64,000 nucleotides of DNA from NCBI RefSeq assembly GCF_032062105.1, contig NW_026930986.1, positions 124,001 through 188,000 of the forward strand, in the 5' to 3' direction. The DNA comes from Saccostrea cucullata. Lineage: Eukaryota. The notes beneath the pieces were generated by a model. The model saw only the letters and a program-made list of their open reading frames with translations. It did not search any database and had not been told where the DNA came from. Shown here in pieces: positions 26,884 to 39,400 of the stretch (the first letter of the stretch is position 1; every line of letters begins with the position of its first letter). A program made the translations under genes and the position numbers.

Positions 26884-29800
26884 CTAGGCCTTTATGGAGA
26901 GTTTCTCAAACCTTGACATCCAGCCATCGGCACTGGACCTGTGAATAATCAAATGAAAATAATCCTATACTGACAGCCAATTTAACAAGAAGTACAGTAT
27001 ATTGTATTTTGTATTAAATAAGAATTTACTTATCAATTTGATTGCTTCTTTGAGGAAGTAAATTCAAGTTTAAATGACAGTTCTATTGATATTTAATGAC
27101 TGACTACAAATAAACAGAACACAATCTCTGGGGAAAATATACAGTGAAGCATCATTTAGTCTTCATTAGTACTCCACATATTTTGAAATAAATCTAACAA
27201 TTGCTTAAAAAATTAAATTATTTCAGAAGGATTAAACATTATTAAAAATCTTAATGAGTGTGTTTAGGAGGTGGGTTAAAAGGTTAAAAGAACTTCACAG
27301 CTGAACATAATAATAGATTATAATGTTCATGATTATACACTATGAGTTCATCTTTGAAGATATACAATATCATCATTTAAAATACTTCACTTTGAAGATG
27401 TAAACAGACATGATCTACACTTTGAAGATGTAAACATACATAATTTACACTTTATTATCATGTATAATTTTGCTAGAAGCATCACTCGTGAAATAAAATT
27501 TCTCGCATGCATAAATTACATTTTTTAGGTGCTGAAATCTAATTTAACTGTTGATCAAATGTAGTCATGTATAATTTACACTCTGAAGATGTAGTCATGC
27601 ATACTCTACACTTTGAAGATGTAGTCATGCATAAATTACACTCTGAAGATGTAGCAAAACACATTCTACACTTACTGAACTTCACTTTTTAGGATCTACT
27701 CTACACTTACTGAACTTCACTTTTTAGGATCTACTCTACACTTACTGAACTTCACTTTTTAGGATTTACTCTACACTTACTGAACTTCACTTTTTAGGAT
27801 CTTTTCTCCAGCCAGCATCATATCAGCAATGCGGGACACAAAGGGGTCAAAGTTCAAACTTGCAGCTGCCACCACCTCATCTCCTCTTTAAAAAAAAATG
27901 AAAATCAGGAATAAAATGACAATACTTCAACAAGGTTGCTTTTCGCTGTTATTCAATAAATTTATCTGGTATTTCAGGACATAAATGTTGTAATGACCGT
28001 CATGTGATGAGCTTACTTTGTGTAGTAGGCAATGAACTTGGGAGCATCCAGGTCTCCATGTACAATGATGTCATCATATCCTGGACCATAACCTTGATAG
28101 CAACAGAAAGGTTAAAAGTTATAAATAAACTGTCTTCTAGAATAATACGATTTGTAATTTAACACATTTGATTTTTATCATACACAGTCAAAATATTTCA
28201 AATTACTTTCTCCAGAAAATTCTAGTCTTTTTTGTTATCCAGAAGTTTGCAAATGACACATACTACTGTCATTTTAAGGATTACAGACAACTTTTAATTC
28301 ACAATTAATTTATTCCTCTTTAAATCAAGTTAGAACGATGTAAACATTTTAAAGGTACAGTACCAATTCTATGAATTATTTTCTTTTTCACTACAAATTT
28401 GATATAGTCACCTGTGTAGCGAATGCTTTTCTTATACTGTACTGTCCAAAAGAATGGCACACTTCTAATTGGTTCATCTTTTCCCAAAATTCCAAGGGCT
28501 GCTGTTTTTCCTAAAAATAAAATACTAGCAATTAAAAGTCATTTTCAGATATCACATTTGTAGTACATGTATTAAATGAAATTAGACTTATGTTTTGTGA
28601 CTATATAAACCATATAACAATCAAAGTACTCAGAAGTACAGAGAGCCGGGCTCATTTACAGAGTAGAATGGATTTCTTACATGAATCACGTTTATATTCT
28701 GATGAAAAAATTATTTTAAAACTATCAATATAAATGATAAGACACTGACAGTGAGTTTTTCCTAATACCACGGTCCGATTTTGTCAGAATCAGAATTTCT
28801 GGTACCGCAGCTGAATGTAAAGAAACAGGCCATTCTGGTTCCCTCTCCTGCTTTACCTCGTTTTGTGACTATATATCAAAAATCCTTATGCTAATGAACT
28901 ATGTTCTTTGACTTATGAAGTTTTCAAAGTCATTACTACAAATGTTTATTTTATATAGATAAAAACTTTTGAGATGACTTTAAAATAGCGACTATTGAGT
29001 TAGGACCACATAAGCCGGCAATTGCTCCATACCATGTGCATGAGCCATCTGCCAGTGCTGGACATTAACTTTTTGATCTCCAACACTGAAGAGTGGGAAT
29101 TCCACAATGTCACCAGTAGCATAGACATCTGACTGATTTGTCTGCATCATCTTAAAACAAATTCATCAAGTGTAAATGTGCATCTATGATCGATAGGATG
29201 TATTTACATTTCTTTTCATCAATAGAACTCTTCTTATTCATAAATACACTATTTTTCTTTGCTTCTCCTCCATTGGCATATTCAAATTAATTAAAATATA
29301 CTCTTTAGCTACTATTACTTACTTTATTTACAGGAATGAATCCTCTGTTAGTCATGTCTATACCAGAATCTTTGATGAAATCAGTAGCAGGAACCACACC
29401 TGTCAAAAGAGAAGTTTACTCCCAAGTTTTCAAGAAGTACTGAGTAAATACATGTAACTACATGTACTACATGAGTCTTTAGATTTAATGTCAGACTCTT
29501 GTTTCTCTTACCTACTCCCATAATGCACACATCTGCTGGTAGCTTTGTGTCATCAGATAAAACAGCTTCAGTCACTTTACCATCACTCCCTACAAATTCC
29601 TTGATCCCCCTCTCAAAATAAAACTTCATTCCATTGTCTTCATGCATCTTTAAAAGATATTTTTTTAGAAATAAGCTTTTAACAAATGAAAACTTCAACA
29701 AAATTAAATCTACACCACCTGAAGATTTTGCATAGTAATATAACAATGCCCATGTCATTCTTCATCAGATTTTTAAAGATTTCCTCCATAAATATTTCAA

Positions 29801-32800
29801 ATTGAGCATTTGTCCCATGATCGGAAGATGATTGGTGTAATCCCCCATCAGCAACTGATCAAAGTTGATAAAATTAAGTTGCTACTGTTCACCTAGCACT
29901 CAAAAGTCTTATGGATGATCTGAAATCTTCAACAGAGGTCCAATGACAAGTTTTGAAGTATATCTAAAATTGTTTCTAAAATATTTCAAATGAATCTTTG
30001 CTCCCCTATTGTGGCCCCACACTACCCCTTGGAACATGATTTTAACAAATTTGAAAATTCATCATTAAATAAATATATGCAGCAAAAAAAATAGCATTTG
30101 ATAAAAAAAAAAAAAACAAACAAACAAAAAAACACAGGTGAATGATGTATTTGCTTTACATTAAACCATTGAGATTTTACCTTTTTGAGCAGGGTGCCAA
30201 TTTTTAATCCTAGAGTATTTTGAAATGGGACTTTTCCTCTAGCTAACACAGATACAGATCTAGCTTTGTCTACAACAGAAGCTGCCACCTCCATCCCTAA
30301 GCAGAATAGTTCTCAGTTATATTTTATACACACACTTCAGGAATGAATGCAAGGAATATTTTATATGGGTTGTGTGCTGCAAAATGTGGAGATGACAAAA
30401 TATATAGGGAAGACTGTATTTCGAAGATTTCAAATTCCAGATATGTTAAACAACATGGGTCTGCAAAGAATATCTGACAGAAAGATAATGCATATTTTGA
30501 TAGACGAATGCTTTTAATTGTGGAATTCTACATGGAATTTTGTTATTCCTTTTATTTTGACTAGGCAATATACAGGCAGTTACAATTTTAAACACTTGAC
30601 TTTTAGGCTGAAATAATACACCAAAAAGAAGACGTGGTCATCTTTTTTTATCTGTACCCTGATACAGGACTAATTCAGGCTATACCGTATTTAGTCCTCA
30701 ACATATAAACAACATCCTACACTTGGGTAAATACACTGTATTAGTCTGCTCAACTCTACACTTTGGCAATTGAAAAGAATATAACGAAAGAATATTAGTA
30801 CACAGATTTTAAAAGCATTATAACTTGTCTGAGGAAATGTGCAAGCTAGTGATACAGAAAAAAATAGTGCAGTGTTAATTGTGAATAATTTTGAGGAAAA
30901 TCAGTGCTTATGTTTCTCAGTGAATGAGGTGTAGGTATATAAAAGTAACACACTATTTCACAGCAAGACAGAAAAAAATGAATCTAAAATCCCATCACCA
31001 TGCAAGACAAATCTAAAACCTAGAAGACAGACTTTTTTGGGTTCCACAATTTTTAAAAAAAAATTACCATCTTGTAAATATTAAATATTAGTCTCCAAGG
31101 TTTTAAAAAGTCACTATGCACCACTAAAGAAGCACATTTAACAAGAAACTAAGCATTATGTGGTACCTTCTGTAAAACTGATCCCACTTTCTCTCCTAGA
31201 ACCAGCTGGAAGGGGACTTTGATTATGTCCACCACTGAAACAGTGGCAGCGGTGCCAGCTAATGCAGACGCCACCTCCATTCCTGTTCAAGAAAGTCAAC
31301 CCAAGTTACCACACCATCCGCCTGCTTTACTTAAGCAATGTACAATATGTATTTATCCTGCATCTAAAAGCACCTGCCTGTAAAGTACTTTCTCAGATGT
31401 TGCAAAAGTTTCATCAAGATCAATGTTTTAAAAGCAATTTTCTGTCTGATGCACTGTAAAAGTACCTCACAAATACCTCTGCTGCAACAGCATATCTTTT
31501 ACAATTAAGTGCTATGTGATGTAACATTAATTTGTTATAAAGATTAAACAAATATTTTTGAAACAAAGAACTAAGAATTTTTTAGCATCTTATACTATTA
31601 CAGATGGAGTAATAACTAAAACCTCTTAAATATGAAGACTGAGGACAAAAACTTTTATCTTTTTAATTATAAGTTGAACTTTAAAAATTGGAATCAATAT
31701 TGAAAATGGACCATATATCTTAGCATTAATTATAATGCCACTCAAAAGGTGAAAATCAAGAAAATATTCCTTGCATTCATTTAATCAATTGCTTTGATGT
31801 TTGAAAATCAGAAATACACTTGCAATGAATCGCATTCAATTATTTTTTTAATTTTAATTTTCAATGTGTTTTAAAGTAAGCAATAAGCAAATTTACTGAA
31901 TATATCTGATTGACTAATTCCTTGGATCATTGCATTCTTTGTTTACTGAGAAAACCTGACAGTAACATCGCACGACCACTGAAATGAACGAAGCCATCAG
32001 ACAAACCAATGAACGAGGATCCAATAATGACAACATTTTTGCCTGCAGCCTTTTCCGCGATTTGATTGGCATCCTCTGGAGTTCTCAGCTGATAAACATT
32101 CTCTAGATCCGTTCCTGGGATTGGTAACACTCGTGGTCTGAAGAAAGATCAAAATAATCCTCATATACAGTTGAGAATGTGATGGCATATCAGTGTTTCA
32201 TTTAAGTTCTTTAAATGTGTGTGATAAGTATCTAAATTTTCATATTATTTCCATTAAATAGGAAAAAATTCATGTAAATCCAAGTAAAAATCTTTTATAG
32301 AGAACCTTTAATGTATAAACTGGAATTAGTTTGCATTTTTGTATTAGACTGATAGAATTTATAATGTACAATGTACATTTATCATGTTTATGCATTAAAC
32401 TATACTACTGTCTTTTTTAAAAAATCTAGAATGTTCTGTTATCACAGAAAACAAAATGAATGTTGGATAAAATGATTTGCAAATGATAACAAATAATTGC
32501 ATAATAATTAGTCTGAGTCTAATTAAGGCTAGTTTTATCATCAGAAACTGTCTTACCGCCCTCCTGTGGCGACGACTAGTGACGTGTACGATTCTGTGCT
32601 GCCATCTTTGAAGGTGACTGTCTTGCTGGAAGTGTCTACAGCAGTCGCCTAAATATCATAAGACATGAGGGATAATTAATGAAATATCATTTCTATTTAG
32701 TGGGTACTTTTACACAGATCAGATAAAATAATATTGACCTTTAATCTATTCTAAAGATATTCCTATATCTTCGTGCTATACTTTTGATTCACTGAGTAAA

Positions 32801-35800
32801 GTTCATCAAGTGAGGTTCTTGGAGAGTAATAAAATCCTCTGTTTTATATTCAGAAGCCAAGGTGACCTCAGTTTGACATAAATTATGTAAGAGACATAAA
32901 CAAATCAGTGCTACTGAAGTGTAATATTGTACCTGTTTCTGTTTAAGGATATTAATGTCAGCTTTGGTATAAAAGTCCAAGCTCCTTAGAGCTATCTTAT
33001 CTGCTGTCATGTCCAATGCCTAAAAATTAAAAAAAAATTATTTTACGAAACGTAAAAGAGAAGAAAATCAAGAAATTTTGAAATATTTTATGTAAAATTT
33101 TGTATCAAGCCAGTGAACTCCAAAAACCTTGCTAAGTTTGGGTCTGTCGTACGGAATGTTGTTTTCTTGTGTTGCTATGGTGATTTCTCCAGTAAACCCT
33201 TCCTGTCTCAATGTTTCAGCACAAGTCACAGAGGAGGGGCCTAAAAGTACAAGATTTTGATTAGTTTAGTGATTTAATACACTGAACATTTGGTTTATTT
33301 CATAAATCCGACAAATTTCCAAAAATCCATGAGTGAATATTTTCATCATGTTTAAACATTTACTATACAAAGTATTGAAAATAAAAATTCATTAAAATAT
33401 AAAATGCTAATATTTCTTCTCATGTTTTTTAAAATATCAAACTCACCAAATATTCTAAATGTCAAAATACCTATAATGCAGTATAAAATACATAAATGTG
33501 CCAAAACCATATAAAATTATCTCAGTTCAACACATGATCAATCGTGATTATTTAAAATGATTAAAGTTAAAACAGATATCCTCGTTACCTCCACCTATGA
33601 TAAGGACTTTTTTGTCACTGGGTTTGGCTGCTTTACACATGTTACGCTGGACTTTAGGATCAGCTAGTGCTGATTTGCTGGCAGTGACTTTAACATTGCC
33701 ATCCTTGACTTCAGTCTGGAAATGTCAGAAAGTCTGTCAGAACTTTATCAAGTTCATCATCATTACACAAATTATTGTAAAAAAACAGTGAATTAATTTC
33801 AATGGCAATAAATACTACCACAGATATAAGTACCGGTACACAAAGATATACATTTAACTTCATAGATCAACACTTTTATTTTAAAAATTCAAATAAAATT
33901 AAAATGGATATTTTATTTAAATTTCATGAAATTACATTGATAACTTTGCACTCAAGTTTCACTACTCCTGTATGCATTTGGTATTTCAGCATATCATGCC
34001 TGAGTCTATGCACACAACATTCAATGTTTATTATTAACCTTGAACTTTGGAATGCTGTCTAGTCCTGGGAAGTCTTCTATATCCCCCGTTTTCACACTGA
34101 AGCAAGCTCCGTGCCAGGGGCAGCGGACCCTGCCATTACAGTGACTTCCATTGATGAGTGGAGCCCCGTAGTGAGTACACTTAGATCCCAGAGCATGGAA
34201 TTCTGGTCCTTCACGGACAACTAGGACCTTACCATCACCAAGGTCAAACTCCTTCATCCTACCATTATAAACAGGGAAAATGTCATCTTTATTTTACACA
34301 TGTACCAAAAATGGAACTCTTATCAAGTGCACCTATGAGTTCATTCGGTTTTTTAATTCACATTTAAAAATCTTCCTTAACTCTTACAATGAAGAACAAG
34401 AGGCCCACGGGCCTTATAGGTCACCTGAGTAGCATGTAACAACTTTCCAACAATTGAATTTGGTTCGTGTTTTAAACCAGAGGCCATGATTTAAATTCAC
34501 AAGTTTGAAAGAGGCACCATTGCTTATCATAATTATACACTTGGCACGCTTACTCTAGTTACTTAATACCCAAAGGTAGATCAGAATAACAAAGAGAAAA
34601 TGCACTTCCACTTTATAACCAGTTGTGAATCCCACCCCACAGGAACCACTGACCCTGGGGCCAAATATTTCAAAATTTTGGAAATTTTATCATAAATTTT
34701 ATTTCATCATAAATGGTTGATTAATACCAAAGAGCAGATTTAAAAGCATTAATTTATTTTCAGACTATGTAACATCCCACCCCCACCCCACCCCTCAATA
34801 CCCCTGACCCTGGGGACCTGAAAGTAATCATTTTGCTAGATGCACCTTTCTTCATCATAAATATAGTTAGATCATTGGCATAAAACCTGAAGCAAAGGAA
34901 AAGGTTTTCTAAGAATTAATATATTTTCACTATATAATCAAAAGACACCCGCCCCCTTATAGCAAATGGCAAAACCCTTAACCCAGGGGCCATAAGATTC
35001 ACAAATTTGGTTGAGGCACTCTTGCTCATGATAACTATGTACTTAGTTTATATAATACCCAGGAGCAGAGAAGAAGATTTTCTAAGAATTAATGTCTTTT
35101 CACTATATAATCAATTGAGCCCCCCCCCCACACCAGAACCCCTGACCCAGAAGCCATAAAATTCACAATTTTGGAAGAGGCACTCGAGCTCATCATAACT
35201 ATGTACTTAGTTAGTTTATTTGATACCAGGAGCAGAGAAGAAGATTTTCTAAGAATAAATGACTTTTTCATTATATAATCTTATCAATAGAGCCCTGCCC
35301 TAACACTAGATCCCCTGACCCTGGGGCCATAAAATTAATAATTTTGAAAGAGGCACTCTTGCTCATCATAACTATGTACTTAGTTAGTTTATTTGATACC
35401 CAGGAGCAGATAAGATTTTCAAAGAATTAATGCATTTTCACTATATAATCTATTTAGCCCAGCCCTAGCACTAGAACCCCTGACCCTGGGGCCATGAATT
35501 TCACAATTTTGGTAGAGAACTCAATGCTCATTACATTCATGCCAACAGTTTGATTGCTTGATGTCCAGGAGTAAAGAAGAAGATTTTTAAAGATTGCACT
35601 AATTTTAGTGGTTTTGGCCCCATCCCCCAGGCCCCAGGGGGGCAGGGACCATGAAATTCAAAATTTTTGTTCCCCTTCACCCATAGATGCTGTATACCAA
35701 ATTTGGTTGAAATTGGTTCCGTGGTTTCAGAAAAGAAGCTGAAAATGTTCAAATGTTAACACACGTATGGCACGCCAAATTCACAAAAATGAGCTAAACA

Positions 35801-36421
35801 TAGTTTCACAGTCGATAAACTAGGTTTATCGGTTGCAAACTATAGTTTACGGACTGTAAACTATAGCTAACAATGTTAATCTATATTTTACATCCGTAAA
35901 CCATAGTTAACGCGATAATCTATGTTTCACAACCGTAAACTATACTTAACACTAAAAACAATCATTTGCAATTGCAAAACAAAGATTATCTGATAAATAC
36001 AGTTTCACGATTTGTAAACTATCGTTTACAAACCGTTAACTATAGTTAACGATCTGATAAATATAGTTTCACGATTTGTGAAACTATGATTAACAACTCT
36101 TAACTATAGTTTTCGATTGTAAACAATAGTTTACAAACGTGAATCTATGTTTATCAACAAAATCTATTGTTAACGCTTATTACAGAGAGATAAACTAAGA
36201 TTATCATTCGTAAACTATAGTTAACAACCGTTAAATACAGTTTTACAGATGAAAACTATACTTAACGAATCGTTAACTATACTTAACGAATCGTTAACTA
36301 TAGTTTACGATTTGTAAACTATAGTTTACAGTCGATAAACCTAGTTTATCAATTGTGAAACTATGTTTATCTCATTTTTGTGAATTTGGTGTGCCATACA
36401 CACGACGACAGACGAAAACGG

Positions 36422-36461
<40 letters not shown>

Positions 36462-39400
36462 TCCTATTAAATAATCTAAATTGCTTCCTTTTGACACTGA
36501 ATATTGAATGTAAACATACTAACCCAGGAATAATGGTAAGTGTATAGAATGAAAATAAATTTTTTTAAAAAATCTGAGTAACAATATGGATTCATCATTG
36601 ATTATTGGACCAATATTGTATTTTGTGCTCTACTCTTTCACATGAATTATCATTCCCACATACATGCTGGTTCACTGAATCTTCTGATATACATGAATTT
36701 TCCTCCCACTGTAACATAAAATACCCCTTCCCCTCCCCCCTCCTGAATCAAAATGATTCTACTGTGACTATTTACATGTACAAAGTATTAGTTCCTTTTA
36801 CAAGAAATAACTTATTAGATTGTAAGTACTTTAATAACTCACTCTCCATCCTTGAGATCAGATTCTCTACAGACGACTGCTGACACTGTGTCTGCCATAT
36901 CCTCTACTGAATCTTCCTGCTGCTCCACACCAACACCGTCTGTGACAACCTGGACTGGTTCTCCTTGGTCTGGTTCCTCCTGATCTTCTGTCTGTAAAAA
37001 CACAGCACTCACTAACAAACAAATCCTCTTCAAAAGGATTTAAAATATACTGGAAATTATTTCAGAGCCAGTGCTCTGTAAACCAGGTATTTTCAGTCAG
37101 GTTTGTTTAAGTTAGAGAAATCCTAGTTCTGAGAATTTGGAACACATGTTTTTATCTGTGTTTTATGACCTTTTTGTAGAGATGACAAGTTTAACACATT
37201 AATGGTGAAGTGTTCGTCTGATCATTAAAGATGTCATACACCTGTAACAAATGACAAGCAACCAGTCCCTAACTGCAAATAAGACTTGCTGTGTATGCAC
37301 AAAGACTAGATAATGAGAAAACCCGTAACACTGTGGTCACTTCGGGGGCTATTTGACACTTGTAGTGTACATCTAATATTTTCTAGGTGAACAAGTAATT
37401 AAAAATAGTTCTCTTAACAGTCTGGATAGGTTGTCTCCATGAGAACACATTTATGCTATATAATAATGTTAATTAAAACTACAAAACATAACACAAAATC
37501 ATGACAATGATAGCTGTAGTAGTTACTTGTTCTAGATGTGTTTCAGATCTGCCTTGTGTTACCTGCTCTGTGTTGTCTGGCTGTGAGTCGTCTGCTATTG
37601 TGGCTTCCTCCTCTGTCGTGTCTGCTGGTTCCTCCTCTGTGGTATCTGGGGGTACCTCCTCCGTTGTATCTGGTGGTACCTCCTCTGTGTTATCTGCTGG
37701 CTCCTCCTCTTTATTGTCTACTGAGCTAGGCTCCTCTGAGGGTGGCTCCTTGTTTGTGTCCTCAGGACCTTCTCCTGTCTCCTCCTCTTCAGTGTTCTTT
37801 ACTTCAGACTCCTCAGCCTCTTTCTGATTTTCTTTCAAATCTTCAGCCTCTTTCTGAGGTTCCTCCGCTTGGTTTTGAACGTCTTTGTCAAGATCTTCTT
37901 CTTCTAAGGGACCTTGTTCCAAAGTTTCTGATTCAGATTTCTCTTCTTTCTGGTCCTCTACTTTTAGTGTAGTTTCCTCAGAGTTCACTGTTTTACTAGT
38001 TTCAGAATTTTCTTCACTACTGTTATTAGCATTTACAGAATCTTTAGAATCATCAATATTATTTGTTTCACTAGATTCCTCTGAATTTTTAGTGGTTGTA
38101 GTATTTTGTTCACCACTCACTGCATTAGAATTTTCTTGAGCATGAGCACTGCTATCGTTTATCGGCTCCTCTTTGGTCACTGGGAGACTGGTTCTATTTA
38201 TAGGTGTGCAGTCCACATTTTCTGATTTCCCAGAATTCACGGAATCAGGGTCTATATTTTTAGATGTCCTAGCTTCTACACCATTGGATTTCTTGCTGCC
38301 TGATCTCTTCTTCACAGATTCTCCAGCTATAAAATAAAGGTCATAATTTATTAAGCTTTATGAAATTTATTATGCATATTCAATTCAAAAATATCTTATA
38401 TATGATTTAAATTGAATTGTTTCAATTATGTTATCCTATAGAAATATACATTGTATGTGTTGCATACATGTATTGCATGCATACTAATAAAATTGTATCT
38501 TATCTTCTAGTAAAATTTTGTGACATATCAGTACACAAATACTGAGAGCAAATTCTACTATCCCAAAGTACTTTGTATTTGTATTAAACCCTTTCACATA
38601 TTTCTTTAATATGAACGTGTCACAATGAGCATTTTATTTACTTTGTTTCTTCTACAAATATTGAAATAGGTGTGTCAGGGAGACACTTATGCCCCTGGTT
38701 AGCATTTAACATGCAAGTTTAAAATAAATGTCCAAGAGTGTGAATATAAAAAATGGTGTAAATGGCCCAAATATGATGAACTTGATCTATCTGTCCTTAC
38801 ATATATCCATTATCTAAATTAAAGAACCCTTTTAAGAACAACAATTGAAGTTTTCTTCTTTGGGGAATTAACCTGGTTACATTAAACATGAAAGTGTTCC
38901 ATGAAAGACAAGCTGTCCATCCAAATATTGGATATAGTATAGCTATATCCTTCCCACATCACACAAATACTTCAACTTTAATGAAATCAAACTTGGACAC
39001 CTCTCCTCTTTTGGGGTCTCGATCATCAATGATTTTTTTTCAGATAAGTTGTCGATTTTTTAGCTTAAATAATAATAATCTGTAATCATTTAATCATATA
39101 ATATATAACACAATTATTATTGTTTTCTTAATTTAGTTTGATGATTCGGCCACCTGAGGAGTAAATATTCATTGAGCATGCATACTGACCTCAAAATGTA
39201 CAATATTTTTTCATCATTCTTCATTTCACCTCAGATTAAAACTTTTAAAGAACCAACAAAAATTATTACATTGGAATGAAGTGAACTGATGCATACATTT
39301 AATTTTTCACACTGAGAAACATACATATTAATATAATAGCTACATTACATTTATAAACATGCTATTTAAATTTAAAAAGTCTACCTACCATTACAAAAAC

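Noticed and set aside
27666-27801. CRISPR-like array (also the 39-bp array)
   Set aside because: Eukaryotic context, and the units are contiguous with no unique spacers.
37501-38139. Ser/Val-rich plus-strand ORFs
   Set aside because: Antisense shadows of the acidic AIFM3 exon.
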